23,070 nt of DNA. Source: Octopus sinensis (taxonomy: Eukaryota). The position numbers were made by a program, and so were the translations under genes. The first letter of the stretch is position 1. Each line of letters starts with the position of its first letter. The stretch spans positions 1-23,070 of the forward strand of contig NW_021836671.1 of the NCBI RefSeq assembly GCF_006345805.1, written 5' to 3'. Positions 9,232 through 20,310 of the stretch are shown piece by piece. The notes under the pieces are model-generated. The model was not told where the DNA came from, made no database searches, and saw only the letters and a program-made list of their open reading frames with translations.

Positions 9232-10023
9232 TTTTTTACTGTAAACTCGAGTGAACCCAAGCCTTGTGCATGAACTGCATAGAAAGAAGCTGCAAAAGTC
9301 CATACGATATACTATATAGATAATCCAAAGAATCGTCTTTGTTACACGTTCGATGCTAAAATGAGAAAAATTTGACAAATCAGTCAGTCACCGGCTGACA
9401 CTCGCTGACGATACATCGAAGAGGCCATGGAACAGAAGAAAGAAGAAGAAAGAAGACATGCACCCAACACCAGAGCTGAAGACACCTCCGAAAGGATGGG
9501 GCCCGCCACGTCAAAACGATAGAGGAGTAGGGGCCGAAACCGGACGTAGTTCCACCTGATGATGTCTTGAGCTAACTGGATCTTATAAAGAAGCTGTTGT
9601 GGTAACAGACCACGAAGTACGGTTGTAATTCCTTCCTGCTTCAGGTTATTTAAAGTTAATGTTGCCTTCCAAATTGTGTGACTGTACGCGCACATACGAT
9701 TCAGATTAATGCATAAAGGGAAAAATGCGCACACGAAAGGTGCATTTTCAATGATGAAATCGAATTTATACTAATTGAATATAGTTAGTTGCACAGATAT
9801 GTGTATCCTTTTGCAAAGGAGGATAAAATTTGAACTCGCGTACATTTTTGCGCTTACTCACGGCAGATAGAGAGATAAATAAATAAATAAATAAATAAAC
9901 AAACGAGGGAGCATTGTTAAGGGTGCAATTACTTGCGGTATACTCAGCCACATACACTAATAATTCATTGAATAAGAGGTCCAGTGGATCGAAAAACAAG
10001 GATACACACTCCCAAATTCGACG

Positions 10024-10098
10024 CACATACATACACACATACATACATACATACATACATACATACATACATACATACATACATGCATATATAGATAC

Positions 10099-10167
<69 letters not shown>

Positions 10168-10230
10168 CAGATTTATGTATGTGTATGTATATGTATGTAT
10201 ATATGTGTGAATGTATGTATATTCATATAC
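10024..10230. repeat. (CATA)n-(TA)n-(GTAT)n compound microsatellite
   Basis: Direct reading. Confidence 0.93.
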
Positions 10231-10367
10231 ATGCGGAGCATGATTAAATGAATAACAGGCATATATATCTCTGCAGTGCATACTTTTATCAATATATCAT
10301 GTCTACATATTTTAGCGCTCATGCACAAATACATGCACATAGAAATGCACACGTGTGTCTATGTGCA

Positions 10368-10398
<31 letters not shown>

Positions 10399-10940
10399 AA
10401 AACGTATGATTACTTTTCATTGGCTAAAACATTCGCGTGCTTGAATCTTATCCTAAGGGATTAACACTATCTTTTTCGCTATTAATTCAAATTGGGTTAC
10501 ATAATTTTCACCTGTGCTCCTAGCGGCACCAGAAATCCTTTCCTAACAGACTAGTGTACATGTTAGTCCTTAAAATCTGGTAAGTCTGACATAATGCAGA
10601 GACTAAAACGAAACACTGAATCAAATCGTTGGCATCTGTCACGTGATGATTTATCAACGTCGGCTGCTAAACGAGATTTCAACTATATAAATTTTTTTCT
10701 TCTTAATGAATTTATTAATTCCAATTTAAAGTCAGCAAACAGAAGTGGTATTTTCTACTTCTATTCTTAAGAAAACTTTTCTTCGTGTGATCAGATTTTT
10801 GTATTTAAAAATATGAAAATAAAGCAAAATAGAACAGAACAGACTTTCAAAACATAGAAGCCAAATTTATGTGCATATATGTATGCGTCTGTGGGCGTTT
10901 GTGTTTATATAAGAGAATCTCTCCAAGAATGTTTTGCGTG

Positions 10941-11182
10941 CCTCTCTCTGTCTCTCTGTCTCTCTCTTTGTCTCTTTGTCTCTCTCTTTGTCTCTTTGTC
11001 TCTCTGTCCCTGTCTGTCTGTCTGTCCCTCTCTCACTACTATCTTTCTGCTTCTGTCTCTCTCTTTGTCTCTTTGTCTCTCTCTTTGTCTCTTTGCCTCT
11101 CTCTTTCTCTCTTTGTCTCTCTGTCGCTGTCTCTGTCTCTGTCTGTCTATCTATCTCTCTCTCTCTCTCTCTCACTCTCTCT
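10941..11182. repeat. (CT)-rich degenerate TCTCTTTG/TCTCTG repeat
   Basis: Direct reading; source of the spurious ER-rich ORF. Confidence 0.9.
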
Positions 11183-11199
11183 ACTGTTATATGCATCTT

Positions 11200-11500
11200 G
11201 ATGCATCCATGGCCGAACGATCAAGAAGTTCGCTTTCTGTGGTCTCGGGATATCGGGCTCAATCCCACTTTACAGGACATTAGACAAATATCTTCTATCA
11301 AAACTTCGGGGTGACTCAAGCCTTAGAAGTGAAATTCAGTTGACATAATAGGTGCAGGCATTGATGACTGGTTAAGAAAATCCCTTTACATCCAAGTAGT
11401 TTCTGGTTCAGTCCTAGAACGTGGCACTTTGGGAAATTGCCTTCAACTACAGCTCCAAGTGGACGAATGCTTTGTGAGTGAATTTTATTGATAGAAACTC
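11200..11500 (+). mobile_element. Two tandem, strongly diverged SINE group A 5' halves
   Basis: 11200-11345 and 11350-11500 each align with 3645-3795 (ggttcagtcc...gtggcactttggg...tttgtgagtgaatt...gaaact). Confidence 0.65.
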
Positions 11501-11519
11501 TGTATGTGTCCGTGTGCGA

Positions 11520-11592
11520 GAGATAGAGATATAGATAGATAGATAGATAGACAGAGAGAGAGAGAGAGAGAGAGAAACAGAGAGAGACAGAG
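11520..11592. repeat. (GATA)n(GA)n microsatellite
   Basis: Direct reading. Confidence 0.9.
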
Positions 11593-11942
11593 TGATAGGA
11601 AAGGTGAGAGTATAAGAAAAAGAGAATATGAGAGTCTCGTAATGCGTGTATGTGTATTTAATATTCCAGCCTATATTTTTATATTTGTAACCGCACGTGT
11701 GTGAGTATATATCTTCATAAGATTACGCATCTACATTACACATTCTTGTTAAACGGAAGTTGCCATTCAATACATGCGTGTAAATGCACGTGTGCTTGAA
11801 CATACGCAGATATGCATGAGCGTAGGTGTATATATGCACGTACATATATATTACTGATGTCCTGTCAGGTGCAAAATTATAGGTTGAACATACATAGAGC
11901 TTCTTCCTGATAATCTTTCTATACCTCTACGCCAACTCCATT

Positions 11943-12367
11943 ATACTCTTTTACTCTTTTACTCTTTTGCTTGTTTCAGTCATTTGACTGCGGCCATGCT
12001 GCAGCACCGCCTTTAGTCGAGCAAATCGTCCCCGGGACTTATTCTTTATAAGCCCAGTACTTATTCTATCGGTTCCCTTTTGCCGAACCGCTAAGTGACG
12101 GCGACGTAAACACACCAGCATCGGTTGTCAAGCAATGCTAGGGGACAAACACAGACACACAAATATATACACACACGTACATACATATATATAAATATAT
12201 TTATATATATATATATACGACAGGCTTCTTTCAAATCCACTCACAAGGCTTTGGTCGGCCCGAGGCTATAACAGAAGACACTTGCCCAAGATGCCACGCA
12301 GTGGGACTGAACCCGGAACCATGTGGTTGGTTAGCAAGCTACTTACCACACAGCCACTCCTGCGCCT
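11943..12367 (-). mobile_element. SINE group A, full length, with a 14-bp internal deletion
   Basis: Collinear with 7583-8010; three TACTCTTT tail units; gtttccgtctacca is missing at about 12232. Confidence 0.95.
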
Positions 12368-12613
12368 GTCTGTATTTCTATCTCTTTTTACCTTCTCTCA
12401 TACATCTTGAACTGGTATCTTCTGACTATAAAGCATTAAAAATTAAACAACCCAGTGGATGGATCTATACAGCACACGAAATTATTTGGTCGCCTTTACT
12501 TTTTATCGTTTCAAGATCGACAAAGTAAAGCAACAGTCAAGTACCGGGTTGATGCTATCGACTCCCAACCCCTCCCATTTTTAGTTGGTTGCTTTGCGTC
12601 TGTAAATACCTAT

Positions 12614-12830
12614 ACCATCCATTGACCCATCCGTGCATGCATGCATACATGTGTGCATCCATCTTCTTTGCTCATTACTCCTGGGACTGCCGAAGGGAAA
12701 GAGTCCTCAGGCATCTCGTCCATAGGTTTCTATCAGAAGCAACCTTCATTACACTGTCCAGATGAATTACCAAAATACGACAACAAATATTATTCAGCCA
12801 TCTTGTCCTTGTTCTCCCTATTTCGGCCGC
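12614..12830 (-). mobile_element. RTE-clade LINE 3' end remnant
   Basis: The minus frame reads IGRTRTRWLNNI...VASDRNLWTRCLRTLSLRQSQE* (stop at 12677-12675), matching the GRPRTRW...DRxxW C-terminus of RTE ORFs. A degenerate (GATG)n tail follows, as in Rex3/Expander. Confidence 0.7.
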
Positions 12831-13394
12831 TTATATTCGCAATCGTACCCTTCCATTCATTACCCTAAATTCATGACCATAGGTTAAGATAGACACGAAA
12901 ACTGAAGTGGGGAATAATGTGTAACTCCCTACACTCTACAGCTCCTGAACACATATATATATGTGTGTGTGTGTATATACATGTATATATATGTATGTAT
13001 ATATGTATACATATATACATATATATATGTAATCGAATGTCCCTCTCCATCAATTCCAGGCCCTGTACCTATCGTAGAAAAGATTACTAATTAATTATAA
13101 TTATTAATTTGTTTTGTATATTCTCTGTTCAAAACTAGCTGGGTTCTATTATGTAACATTGACAGAAACTTCTCTCTCATAGAGGAGATAGAGTATAATT
13201 TAATTTTGCTTGTCATAATGGATTCCTTATTGGTTTCACCGATCAATATTCAATTGTTTATCCAAATAAATCGATATTCATGAAAATAGCGTCTACAGCG
13301 GCTGAGTATTCCGTTGGCACATGTGCGCGTGACACAATTCTGCACTCGAGACAAGGTTTGAACTTCGAATTATAAATATAATCTAGAAAGGAAG

Positions 13395-13562
13395 CGAAGA
13401 ATTGATTTCAGTACAAAAAGTATCGATTTCAGTACATCGCTGGGTCATTTCTTCATTGGTCCTATAAGGATTTCGACGGGATTTGAACGCAAAGTGAAAA
13501 GATTCGGAATGAATGCCAAAAAAGATATATTTTTTGTTCCGATGTTCTAACGATTGTGCCAT
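13395..13562 (-). mobile_element. Highly degenerate SINE group B
   Basis: atcgatttcagtac...gggatttgaacgca...gttccgatgttctaacgattgtgcca resembles 19570-19720. Confidence 0.5.
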
Positions 13563-13659
13563 TTTCAGGTATTCCGCTATTTATGTCTCTTACCCAATGC
13601 TACTTTCTCTGGTGCTATAGAAGAAACGTAACTAGAATTTTCAGAGACCTGTTCCATCC

Positions 13660-13733
13660 GTCCCAATAGCTCAAAGGTTTAGAGCACTGGTCTAGTAAAC
13701 CAGTGGTCGTGAGTTCGAATCTCACTTGGGGCA
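13660..13733 (+). tRNA. tRNA-Thr (anticodon AGT), possibly a variant or pseudogene
   Basis: Full cloverleaf: acceptor GTCCCAA/TTGGGGC, D stem GCTC/GAGC, anticodon stem CTGGT/ACCAG with loop CT-AGT-AA, T stem GTGAG/CTCAC with TTCGAAT. TTTT lies at 13758-13761. Confidence 0.9.
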
Positions 13734-13777
13734 GAATCTGCTAATTTATACTTCTTATTTTATTTTATTTCTTTTCA

Positions 13778-13840
13778 ATGCGGTGCCAGAGTATGGCCGC
13801 AGTCCAGTGACTGAAACAAGTACAAGTAATTAAAAGTAAA
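13778..13840 (+). mobile_element. SINE group A tail fragment
   Basis: gcggtgcc...tggccgcagtccagtgactgaaacaagta matches 3978-4020. Confidence 0.7.
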
Positions 13841-14051
13841 ACATATTAATTTTCAAGTCGATCTTAGGTTGCTGTTGATTTTGATCCCATCACACTTAAT
13901 CTACGAGATCTATAAATCAATGGAATTATGGTGCAAAAAAGAGAAAAAGATCCTTTTATCAGATATACTGTATCTATTATATAACAACATTATCAAATTA
14001 ACTCGATTCATTTTTTATTGTTGTTTCTATTAAGATAATTGTTTACACAGG

Positions 14052-14320
14052 CTCTCTCTCCCTTTTCTCTTCTTTCTCTCTCTCTCTCCCTCTTCTCCTC
14101 TCTCTCTCTCTCTCTTTCTCTCTGTCTCTACTGGTATCTTGCGAATTTGTCTACAATTCGTCTACAACAATTCATACACAGCAATTTATCTACAGATACA
14201 ATTTATCTACAACCACACACACACATACAAGCATACACATATACACAACACACACGTACATACATATAAACATACAAACACATACATACAACTACATATA
14301 CAACCTCACACACACACAAA
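14052..14320. repeat. (CT)n and degenerate (CA/CATA)n tracts
   Basis: Direct reading. Confidence 0.8.
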
Positions 14321-14556
14321 CTCTTGTAGACGAATTGTAGACGAATTCACCTAGAACCCTCTCTATCTTTCTCCCTCTCTCTTCGTCTCTCCCTCTCGCT
14401 TGGCCTTTCCCTTCCTCTCTCTCTCTGGCTCATTAGTGCCAGTCGCTTTTGTTGTTGCTAGTGCTGCTGTTGTTGTAGTAGTTATTGCTGTTTAGCCCCA
14501 AAGTACATATTTTCAAAATTGTTCCAGCCGTGATCATCCCGTCGTACGACCACTAC

Positions 14557-14594
<38 letters not shown>

Positions 14595-15668
14595 TTGAAA
14601 TGACTTTGCTTAATTATCATCAAACTATCCAGCGTCCTTGTTCCTTTAGAAGAAAGGATTATTTTAGTTTTGTCTTCTCTGACTTTCATCGTCCTAAAAA
14701 TTATATCACGTTCTTTAGCAGTTTCTAAATCCTTGTGTGTATGTACACACGTACTCACACACACACACACTTATTTTTAAAACTTGACACAACGCTCGTC
14801 GTTTCGACCATCATATTGATTGTCAAGTTCGCTTGATGATAACTGTATCACATTTATCCTTTCAGACAGACTAGTCCTACAATCTTAAGATAAACGAACT
14901 TTATCTCAGTTTTAGAAGTCACATGCAATACAGGCAAGGGTCTTATTGAAGGTATCATTTATCTCTCATGTGGTTTACGCTACGGATACGGGCGGGCAAT
15001 AGTGCTCCGTGGACTCACTGATCCTATGTTATTTCAGCTTTTGTAAGTGGATTATATATTTCAGGGTTAATATCAATCGATGTTGGTGACAGAGGTACGA
15101 ACCATCTTCCATTCGGCTGGCAGTGTGACGTCTTATTCATTTGGACTTGTACGTACATTCCACCACCCTTCGTGGTATCCATTAAAGTAATATATCTGGG
15201 CCTAACTCAGTTGGGCGAAATATACAAACAAGAACCGTTTCACGACTTTTAACAAAGACCCTAGTCTATGTTACATATTTGAGTAAAGTTTTATAGCTGG
15301 AGGAGACCGACAGAGCGGGGAGAATATAGAAATGTAAGCGGACTTGGTGAAAGAGAAAAAAAACGACAGTCAGTTATATAGGGAGAGAGTAGAAAGAATA
15401 GCAGAAATGTATGGTGAGCTTATGGAGGGGAGGAAGGAGAAAGAGGAGAATGGTAAGGAGGAGCGATAGATAGACAGAGAGAGAAAGGTAGAGAGAAGGA
15501 GAGAAAGAGAAAGATAGAGAGAGAGAAAGTGAGCGAGAGTGAGTTATATATCGTTAATCTCCGCCCCCACTGTGTTACGAAAGTATCAGGTTCCATCTTC
15601 GCTCACATCACAATATAAATCATTCCAGCAACACAGCTTTCTAAGTGTCTAAGTATATGTGAATCTGC

Positions 15669-15723
15669 GTGTGTGTGTGTGTGTGTATGTGTGTGTGTAT
15701 GTGTGTGTGTGTGTGTGTGTGTG
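15669..15723. repeat. (GT)n microsatellite
   Basis: Direct reading. Confidence 0.95.
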
Positions 15724-15892
15724 AGGGTGGGGTAGGGTGTATGTTTGATTGCATACGTTTGATTGCACATATGTCTGTTGAGATAAATATAGTAGGCATC
15801 CGCAAGTTCTGTTATGTGTATGTTTTACATATACATATATATCCACACCCAAACACACTTATACAGACGAATATCTATAATATACATTTTAG

Positions 15893-16072
15893 TTTTATTC
15901 TTTTACTTGTTTCAGTCATTTGACTGCGGCCATGCTGGAGCACCGCCTTTAGTCGAACAATTCGACTCCAGAACTGATACTTTGTAAGCCTAGTACGTAT
16001 TCTATCGGTATATTTTGCAGAACCGCTAAGTTACGAGGACGTAAACACACCAACATCGGTTGGCAAGCGATG
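15893..16072 (-). mobile_element. SINE group A 3' half, cut off by the Penelope-like element
   Basis: Matches 7583-7759. Confidence 0.9.
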
Positions 16073-16073
16073 A

Positions 16074-16238
16074 ACAAAGAGAAAACACAACAACGCGAGG
16101 ACGCGGAACAAGTATAGTGTTATTGGACGCTCAGGAAACGAAAGAAGGAAGATTTAACGTTTCGAGCGGAGCTCTTCGTCAGACACATAGGAAAAGGAAA
16201 GGTCCAAGGAAGGGAGACGGAGAAAGAAAATCGCCAAC
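16074..16238 (-). mobile_element. Penelope-like terminal fragment, copy 1
   Basis: Inverted homologue of 16358-16542; carries a hammerhead motif. Confidence 0.7.
16152..16186 (-). ncRNA. Minimal type I hammerhead ribozyme motif (degenerate stem I)
   Basis: GTGT-CTGACGA-A-GAGC-TCC-GCTC-GAAAC-GTT-AAAT. Confidence 0.55.
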
Positions 16239-16248
16239 GACACACACA

Positions 16249-16297
<49 letters not shown>

Positions 16298-16328
16298 ACA
16301 CATATATGTATGTGTGTATATATATATA
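16239..16328. repeat. (CA)n(TA)n spacer
   Basis: Direct reading. Confidence 0.9.
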
Positions 16329-16357
16329 CTTTTCAAAATGTAACCACAGGTGAGTCT

Positions 16358-16666
<309 letters not shown>

Positions 16667-16751
16667 ATTGTGTGTGTTTGTTTTGTAATATGTGTGTATA
16701 TGCGCGTATGTATGCGTATATGTGTAAGGTGGAGGTTATCTAACCAACTGA

Positions 16752-16925
16752 AATTTCAAACAGATGCTCAGTCGAAGAAATCAATACCAGAACATGCAAA
16801 GCCATGACAACATCCAGGAAAAAAAACCTTACAAATGTGTCACGAAGGAACAAAGTACTTAATACAAAGTTAAAGACAGCATCTACGGTGCATGTGTCCT
16901 CACCACGTTACTTTTAGATTCTCAG
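16752..16925 (+). mobile_element. RTE-clade LINE ORF remnant (post-RT region)
   Basis: Broken frames read ISNRCSVEEINTRTCKA.../YKCVTKEQST*YKVKDSIYGACVLTTLLL, resembling the EINxRIxKA...VYRACVLxTLLYG region of RTE/BovB-type ORFs. Confidence 0.65.
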
Positions 16926-17149
16926 AGATCGAAATCTCATTTCTAACAAATAAATGATTTCCCTTCATTCACGCTGTCTCCATAAAATCTTACCCATCTC
17001 TTAAGATAAGCCTTCTTCTCCATACCGACTGTTGTTGACAATGTTTCTACTTGTATCAGTAGCGATTGGAATTTTCCCTACATAACAGTTTTCCTCTGTG
17101 GTTCCGGTGACAGATTTGCTAGCGCACCAATCATGCTTCTTTCAGATCC

Positions 17150-17443
17150 GGATTTTGATAGTTTGAGGCTTTCTGCCAATTCCCGGGTTATGCAATGTGG
17201 GTTATTCCCAATTAATGACTTGATTTGGTCATCATCTGTAGTGGATTGTCTGCCTGATTGCTCTTTATCAATAAGGCTGCAATCTCCAGCTCGGAACCTT
17301 GCGAACCACTCCGTACAGTTTTTTTCGGATAAAGAAACATCACCGTAACCTGTGCATTTTTCTTTGGTTGCTTGTAAGGCATTTTTCCCTTAACGGAAAA
17401 AGAAAAGCATCAAGTGCCAAAAATTAACTTTCTTATCTTCCAT
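17150..17443 (-). pseudogene. Mariner transposase N-terminal DNA-binding region, truncated
   Basis: MEDKKVNFWHLMLFFFR*GKNALQATKEKCTGYGDVSLSEKNCTEWFARFRAGDCSLIDKEQSGRQSTTDDDQIKSLIGNNPHCITRELAESLKLSKS has mariner WFxRF, (R)SGRP-like and TxRELA motifs. It has an in-frame TAA at 17392-17390 and no catalytic domain. Confidence 0.92.
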
Positions 17444-17623
17444 TTTAAAGGGTTACAGAATTAACACAGGTTATGGGAACATATACTTTCTTCCACGAAA
17501 AGATAGCTTAAACTGTGCTCTAAATGGAGGTGTAGTCAAATCCTATTTTATGGACTCAACCATGTTCTAAAATAAGTTGAAAGGTAAGCTACTATAAATC
17601 GGCACGAACTTTCCGGACGACCC

Positions 17624-17627
<4 letters not shown>
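17150..17627 (-). mobile_element. Mariner element 5' fragment with TIR
   Basis: The minus strand reads TA-TTGGGTCGTCCGGAAAGTTCGTGCCGATTT (17627-17596) upstream of the transposase ATG. Confidence 0.88.
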
Positions 17628-17670
<43 letters not shown>

Positions 17671-17699
17671 TGATGATGATGATGATGATAATAATAATA

Positions 17700-17744
<45 letters not shown>

Positions 17745-17842
17745 TAATAATAATAATAATAATGAGAAGAAGAAGAAGAAGAAGAAGAAGAAGAAGAAGA
17801 AGAAGAGAAGAAGAAGAAGAAGAAGAAGAAGAAGAAGAAGAA
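17624..17842. repeat. Compound trinucleotide array (AAT)n(GAT)n(AAT)n(GAA)n
   Basis: Direct reading. Confidence 0.97.
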
Positions 17843-18117
17843 ATCAAACAAAAACTAGGAAGAAAAATAAATGAAGCCTAAACAAACAACCCTTATACTA
17901 TAACTCCTACACCTTACAATGTGTAACCCTCTAAGCAACCCCTGTATTCCAACATTACGAGTCCCACGAATAAAAAGAAATATAAAGATTTGCTTATCTG
18001 GTGTTGGAGATCTATGTGTGAAGGAAGCAAAATATAAACTAGCATGTTATGGCAATTCTGTACAAATGTATGAAGGGAGTAAGAAGCGGAGGAAGAGGAG
18101 GTGGAGTGAGTGAGAAC

Positions 18118-18168
18118 GAGGGAGAGAGAGAGAGATAGATAGATAGAGAGAGAGTGAGAGAGAGTTAG

Positions 18169-18201
<33 letters not shown>

Positions 18202-18250
18202 AAGAGAGAGAGGGAGAGGGAGAGATAGAGAGAAGGAGAGTGTGTATGTG
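18118..18250. repeat. (GA)n/(GATA)n microsatellite
   Basis: Direct reading. Confidence 0.9.
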
Positions 18251-18419
18251 TGCGATGAAGAATTAGTTCGGTCCTTTGGTTCTTTAACTATGCCCATAGC
18301 ACTTGTAGAGGGATGGCTTAAAGATCACTGACAGAGTAGGGTGAAGGGTGAAAAACAGTGGCTGATTTATTTTTTTAGGGGCAGCTGATCATTTTAGGGG
18401 CACACGTATGCCTTTTGTC

Positions 18420-18793
18420 TTTTATCTTTTCTTCATTTCAGTCATTAAACTGCGGCCATACTGGGGCCCTACCTTGACGAAATTTTGGTCGAATAAATCG
18501 ACCCCTGTACTTATTTTTGCTATGTATTCTATTGGTCTCTTTTGTCAAACCGCTAAGTTATGGGGATATAAGAATACCAATACCATTCGTCAAGCGGTAG
18601 CAGGGGACAAACACACACATATACACTCACTCACGCACAAATACACACACAGGCACACACATACACACACACTCACACAGACACACACACTCACACACAT
18701 ACGCTCACACAAACGCCCGCGCACACATACTCACGCTCACACACACACACACATACACATATACGGCGAGATTCTTTCAGTTTCCGTCTACGA
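18420..18793 (-). mobile_element. Older SINE group A lacking its head
   Basis: tttcagtcattaaactgcggcca...ggggacaaacac-(CA)n-ttctttcagtttccgtcta. Confidence 0.85.
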
Positions 18794-19215
18794 ATATCAT
18801 AAAATCTCATCTTTGACTCATGTCACGTGTATCCTCCTTTGCATACAAATATGCGGACAATGTTCTAGAAATAATAGCAAAGTTTCCTCGAGCTGCACCC
18901 TACTAATTTAGAAGGAAGCACTCATTACATAGTCTCATGAAAGAGCCAACCTAAGTTTAAACAATTAAAATGTGAGTCAATGAAGACGACCTGTTAGAAA
19001 TAGCAGCCTCTTCTACAGTGTAATTTTAATTCTTATGAAAGGGCTAACCAACTAAAATGTGAGTCAATGAAGACCCCTGTATGAGATCGCTCGGCCTTTT
19101 AGAAATAGCAGTCCAATCTTCTTAAAGTCGCTCTCTGAAGTTTTTAAAAGCGAAGTTAGACAATGTAATCTTAAGTCTTATGAATAACCAGACTTAAGGC
19201 TAAATAACAAAAATA

Positions 19216-19401
19216 TATTTCTTTACTGCCCACAAGGGGCTAAACATAGAGGGGACAAACAAGGTCAGACAAAGGGATTAAGTCGATTACATCGACCCCA
19301 GTGCGAAACTGGTACTTATTTATCGACCCCGAACGTAATGGCAGACGAAATACCGCTCGGCATTTCGCCCGGCGTGCTAACGTTTCTGCCAGCTCGCCGC
19401 C
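19216..19401 (-). mobile_element. SINE group B with internal deletion and 15-16-bp TSD
   Basis: Reverse complement of 20703-20933 minus a central block; TAAATAACAAAAATA at 19201-19215 and 19402-19416. Confidence 0.93.
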
Positions 19402-19447
19402 TAAATAACAAAAATAGAAGATGCCTGTATGTGATCGCGCGACCAGC

Positions 19448-19518
19448 CGAAGACACTTGTCCATGGTGTCACGCGGTGGGACTGAACGCGGAACCATGTG
19501 GTTGGGAAGCAAGCTTCT
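19448..19518 (-). mobile_element. SINE group A head fragment
   Basis: gaagacacttgtcca...ggaaccatgtggttgggaagcaagct. Confidence 0.8.
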
Positions 19519-19520
19519 TT

Positions 19521-19726
19521 CCTACTCAAGGCACAAGGCCCGAAATCTTTCGGGGAGGGAGCCAGTCGATTAGATCGACATCAGTACGTGGCTGGTACTT
19601 AATTTATCGATACCGAAAGGATGAAAGGCAAAGTCGACCTCGGCGGAATTTGAACTCAGAGCACAAAGACAGACGAAATACCACAAGGCATTTCGCCCGG
19701 TATGCTAACGTTTCTGCCATTGCGCC
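19521..19726 (-). mobile_element. SINE group B with an alternative 3' tail
   Basis: Head and core match 20703-20868; the tail (19521-19563) differs. Confidence 0.85.
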
Positions 19727-19859
19727 TCCACTATATCATATTAGTGTCAATGGAAGCTGTTGCGTATTTTGAATGTTGTCTTGTCATGGATCGATTTTCG
19801 ATTAATGTTCAAGCCTAAAAAAAATGAAGATGTTTTCAGTCATATACGCATCGCTTAGT

Positions 19860-20055
19860 TATTTCTTTACTGCCCACAAAGGGCTACACACAGAGGGGAC
19901 AAGAAAGGACAGACAAACTGATTAAGTCGATTATATCGAACCCAGTGCGTAACTGGTAATAATTTAATCGACCCCGAAAGGATGAAAGGCAAAGTCGACT
20001 TCGGCGGAATTTGAACTCAGAACGTAACGGCAGACGAAATACGGCTACGCATTTT
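19860..20055 (-). mobile_element. SINE group B, 5'-truncated
   Basis: Reverse complement of 21151-21334. Confidence 0.92.
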
Positions 20056-20074
20056 GACCTTAGAATTTATTTTT

Positions 20075-20310
20075 GATGTTTCGTACTAATTCTATTGCTT
20101 TTAGAATCTCTTGTCGAACCGCTAAGTTACTGGGGGCGTTAACAAACCAGCACCAATTGTCAAAAGCTAGGAGTATAAAATATATGAAGACTCAAAGACA
20201 CACACACACAAGACGTGCTTCCGCACATTTTACCCCTACGAGATCTACCCACACAGCATTGATAGCCCGGGGTTATAGTTGTAGACACTTGCCCAAATTT
20301 GCCACACAGC
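20075..20310 (-). mobile_element. Degenerate SINE group A
   Basis: gaaccgctaagttac...acaccagcacc-like segment...gacacttgcccaa...gccac. Confidence 0.7.

Noticed and set aside
9384-9734. 116-aa minus-strand ORF in unique sequence
   Set aside because: No recognisable domain and no clear splice signals.
10524-10540. CTCF-like sequence near TGCTCCTAGCGGCACC
   Set aside because: Spacing is one base off the consensus; a chance match is likely.
14781-14829. 9-bp inverted repeat AACTTGACA/TGTCAAGTT
   Set aside because: Short and AT-rich, with an unpaired 31-nt loop.
15065-15094. Possible 30-nt micro-exon (tttcag|...GAG|gtacga)
   Set aside because: Weak pyrimidine tract and no partner exons; the adjacent minus strand looks more like a very decayed RTE fragment (WIPRRVVE).
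17133-17348. 71-aa plus-strand ORF
   Set aside because: Antisense shadow of the mariner pseudogene.
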